Of a stretch of DNA of 64,000 bases, positions 61,504-64,000 are shown piece by piece; the stretch's first letter is position 1; each line of letters starts with the position of its first letter. The position numbers and the translations under genes are program-made. Origin of the DNA: Pristiophorus japonicus. Lineage: Eukaryota. The stretch is from positions 34,472,001 to 34,536,000 of the forward strand of contig NC_091995.1 in assembly GCF_044704955.1 (NCBI RefSeq), written 5' to 3'. The notes beneath the pieces were generated by a model. That model was not told the DNA's origin, searched no databases, and was given only the letters and a program-made list of their open reading frames with translations.

Positions 61504-62641
61504 TAATACTCATGTGAAGCATCTTGGAACGTTTAACTGCATTAAAGGCGCTATATAAATATAATTTGTTGTTGTTGGTGTATGTATCCAATTCCCAATA
61601 TGTCCCATATCCTTATGAATGTAGGACTATACAGCATTGGAAAATGAAATCTCCACATATTTATCTAACTGTCTAGCCACTCTATCTCTTTTCCCTTTCA
61701 ATAGCCCCCTCTCCCCAAAATTTATTTGTGACTCTATTAAAATCCATAGCATCCATTCCGAGTCCAGACCTGTGGTGTGGATGGGGGGGTGGGGAGGAAG
61801 TAGATATATATATATACATATGTGAAATGAACAAGCTCCAAGTTATACTGGAGAACCTCAGCTCATATTCTGTGACTCATTACCTTAACCTTTTTGCAAG
61901 ATTTGAGAAGCTTTCGGCTTTTAAAGGAAGAGTCTAGACAGAGTAAATCGAGTGAACCTGTTCCCATTGGCAGGAGGGTCGAGAACCAGAGGACGCAAAC
62001 TTAAGGCGATTGGCAGAAGAGCCAAAGGCGACATGAGGAAAAACTTTTTTTATGCAGCAAGCGGTTATGATCTGGAATGCGCTGCCTGAAAGGGTGGTGG
62101 AGGCAGACTCAATCATGGCTTTCAAAGGGTAATTGGATAAGTCCCCGAAGGAATTTATTTTGCAGGGCTATGGGGAAAGGGCAGGGGAGTGGGACTAGCT
62201 GAAGTGCTCTTGCAGAGAACCGGCACCGGCTCGACGGGCTAAATGACGTCCTTCTGTGCTGTAACCATTCTGTGATTCCAGGAGACTGATAGGGGACCTT
62301 ATGAAGGTACATAAGCGACTAAATATTGCTACATTTAATCAGGATTACTTCATAGTATGTCAGGAAATTAGAACAAATATAAGTTACAAATGGAAGGAAA
62401 GTTTAGTACAAACTTTCTCACATAAAGTGTTGAACACTTGGGATGTGCGCCGGGGTAGAAGAGAGGAGGTGAAAAGCTTAGACTGATTTATATTGTATAA
62501 TATATATATATACACATCTCCCTTCATCGTCGCTGGGTCAAAATCCTGGAACTCTCTCCCCAACAGCACTGTGGGAGCACCTTCACCACACGGACTGCAG
62601 CCGCTCACCACCGCCTTCTCAAAGGCAACTAGGGAAGGGAA

Positions 62642-63000
62642 TTTTTTTTTCAAAAATATGCTTTATTCATATAAAATTTTCACAATACATTGTAAAATAG
62701 TTCAGTAGCTTGCGGTCAGCAATTCCATACAATTCGTTTGGGTGCTGACAGCAGTCCCATACAATGCACTAACGTGCATTTCATTTCAAGGTACAGTTTA
62801 GTCCAATCCGTAAATCACGTTACATGTAGTACTGTGCAAATGAGGGTATTACATGGAGCAGATGAGAACAGGTTTACATTACATTCCAGGATACATTTCA
62901 ATACCGATCACGAATCACGTTACATGTAGCACTGTGCAGATGAAAGCAGTACACGGAACGGATGAGAATACATTTACATTTCTTTACAAGTTACTAAACA
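62642..63000 (-). mobile_element. Possible poly(A)-tailed retroposon 3' end with an internal ~100 bp duplication
   Basis: On the minus strand, AATAAA followed by an A-run. AATCACGTTACATGTAG...TTTACATT occurs twice (about 62813 and 62913). Confidence 0.35.
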
Positions 63001-63684
63001 GTGCAGAGACTTTCATTATACATGGCACAACGCAGGTGTTTTTCAGTACGTGGTGCTCTATGTATACAAGCAGATTAACAAGTACAGCCCAAGGGGGGGT
63101 CTGATTCCATCCCCTGCATTTACCGGGAGGGAAAATAAATGCCTGTCTGGCCACATTCCGTGAACAAATTAATTTTAAATTGAGTTTGATGGGGAGGGGA
63201 GGGATGAATGTATTTCCTTTATTGTGAGTGGCTGGGTTAAGATGAATCCCACCCCCGCCCCCCCCCCTTTCCTGGTGCCTTCCCCCTGTGATTTCCTGCG
63301 CAGTGCAATCACTCAGGGACTCACTTGCCAGAGAGGACAACTCCTGCCAGCACAACAGCGCCTGTTGGCCGAGAATGGGGTACTGCAAGCCACTGCAGAC
63401 GTCACAGATACCCGGTCGGTGCCTGCCCAAGTGAGTTCGAATCCAGCAAGTGGCAGCAACCACAACGAACGGAGTAAATTAAAAAAAAAATGCATTATTA
63501 AAGACATTTGCAACGTTGGCTGAAAAATGTACCGCAGCCACGAGGAACGGATGGCAAATCACTCAGCATTTTTAAGATTGGTTTCGTGATCTTTAACAAA
63601 AAACACTTCTGAGAAACAGACAAGAGGGTGAGTTTAATTCAAAAAGGAGAATTTTTTTTTTTTTGTTGGTGTTTGCTGGCGACC

Positions 63685-64000
63685 ATGGCGTCCGAAAGGG
63701 AATTGGAGAACATTATAAACGAAGCCATCTGCTCGATCTGCCTGGAGTTCTTCAAGGAGCCGGTGATGATCGACTGTGGCCACAACTTCTGCAAAGACTG
63801 CATCCTGAAGTTCTGGGACATGCAGCAGGGCCCGGTCTCCTGCCCCAAGTGCCACGAGGAGTTCTCGCAGCGCAGCATCAGGCTCAACCGCTTCGCCGCG
63901 ACCATGGTGGAGAGCGTCCGCAAGCTCAGCGCCAAGCCCGCCGACGGCAATTTCTCGCGGTGCGCCCAGCACGACGAGAAGCTCAAGCTCTTCTGCGAGA
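63685..64000 (+). CDS. TRIM family E3 ligase, N-terminal RING plus start of B-box (truncated by window end)
   Basis: accATGG start. MASERELENIINEAICSICLEFFKEPVMIDCGHNFCKDCILKFWDMQQGPVSCPKC... is a C3HC4 RING, followed by B-box2 start CAQHDEKLKLFCE. TRIM27/35/39/69-like architecture; orthology cannot be assigned. Confidence 0.93.
   Translation, partial: MASERELENIINEAICSICLEFFKEPVMIDCGHNFCKDCILKFWDMQQGPVSCPKCHEEFSQRSIRLNRFAATMVESVRKLSAKPADGNFSRCAQHDEKLKLFCE

Noticed and set aside
63634-63986. Minus-strand ORFs of 112 and 115 aa
   Set aside because: Antisense shadows of the GC3-rich TRIM coding exon.

Overview
Repeat-rich vertebrate genomic DNA, probably a cartilaginous fish (shark), inferred from its CR1, L2, Deu-domain SINE, LF-SINE, RTE and Penelope landscape. 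Three host genes can be assembled by hand. C12orf57/GRCC10 (minus strand, 3 coding exons, 12193..1386, 125 aa, one GC-AG intron) lies head-to-head with RPS18 (plus strand, 6 exons, 15164..28701, 152 aa, 5'TOP). A RING/B-box TRIM gene starts at 63685 and runs off the window. The main accessory element is a complete, young endogenous retrovirus at 41770..51373, with near-identical LTRs, a CTGAT target-site duplication, a tRNA-Ser PBS, intact gag, an amber gag-pol junction, and frameshifted pol and env. Reading across its frameshifts gives three unusual features: a CNPase-like 2H phosphodiesterase (two HxT motifs) between protease and RT; a 51-aa Vpu-like transmembrane ORF overlapping the env start, too short for the ORF track; and a long, cysteine-rich, non-gamma-type Env on a gamma/epsilon-type gag-pol. 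Other notable structures are three minisatellites around C12orf57, a Penelope-type hammerhead motif upstream of RPS18 and a bipartite non-autonomous RTE family. All family assignments come from motif recognition only, with no database searches, and TE boundaries are approximate.
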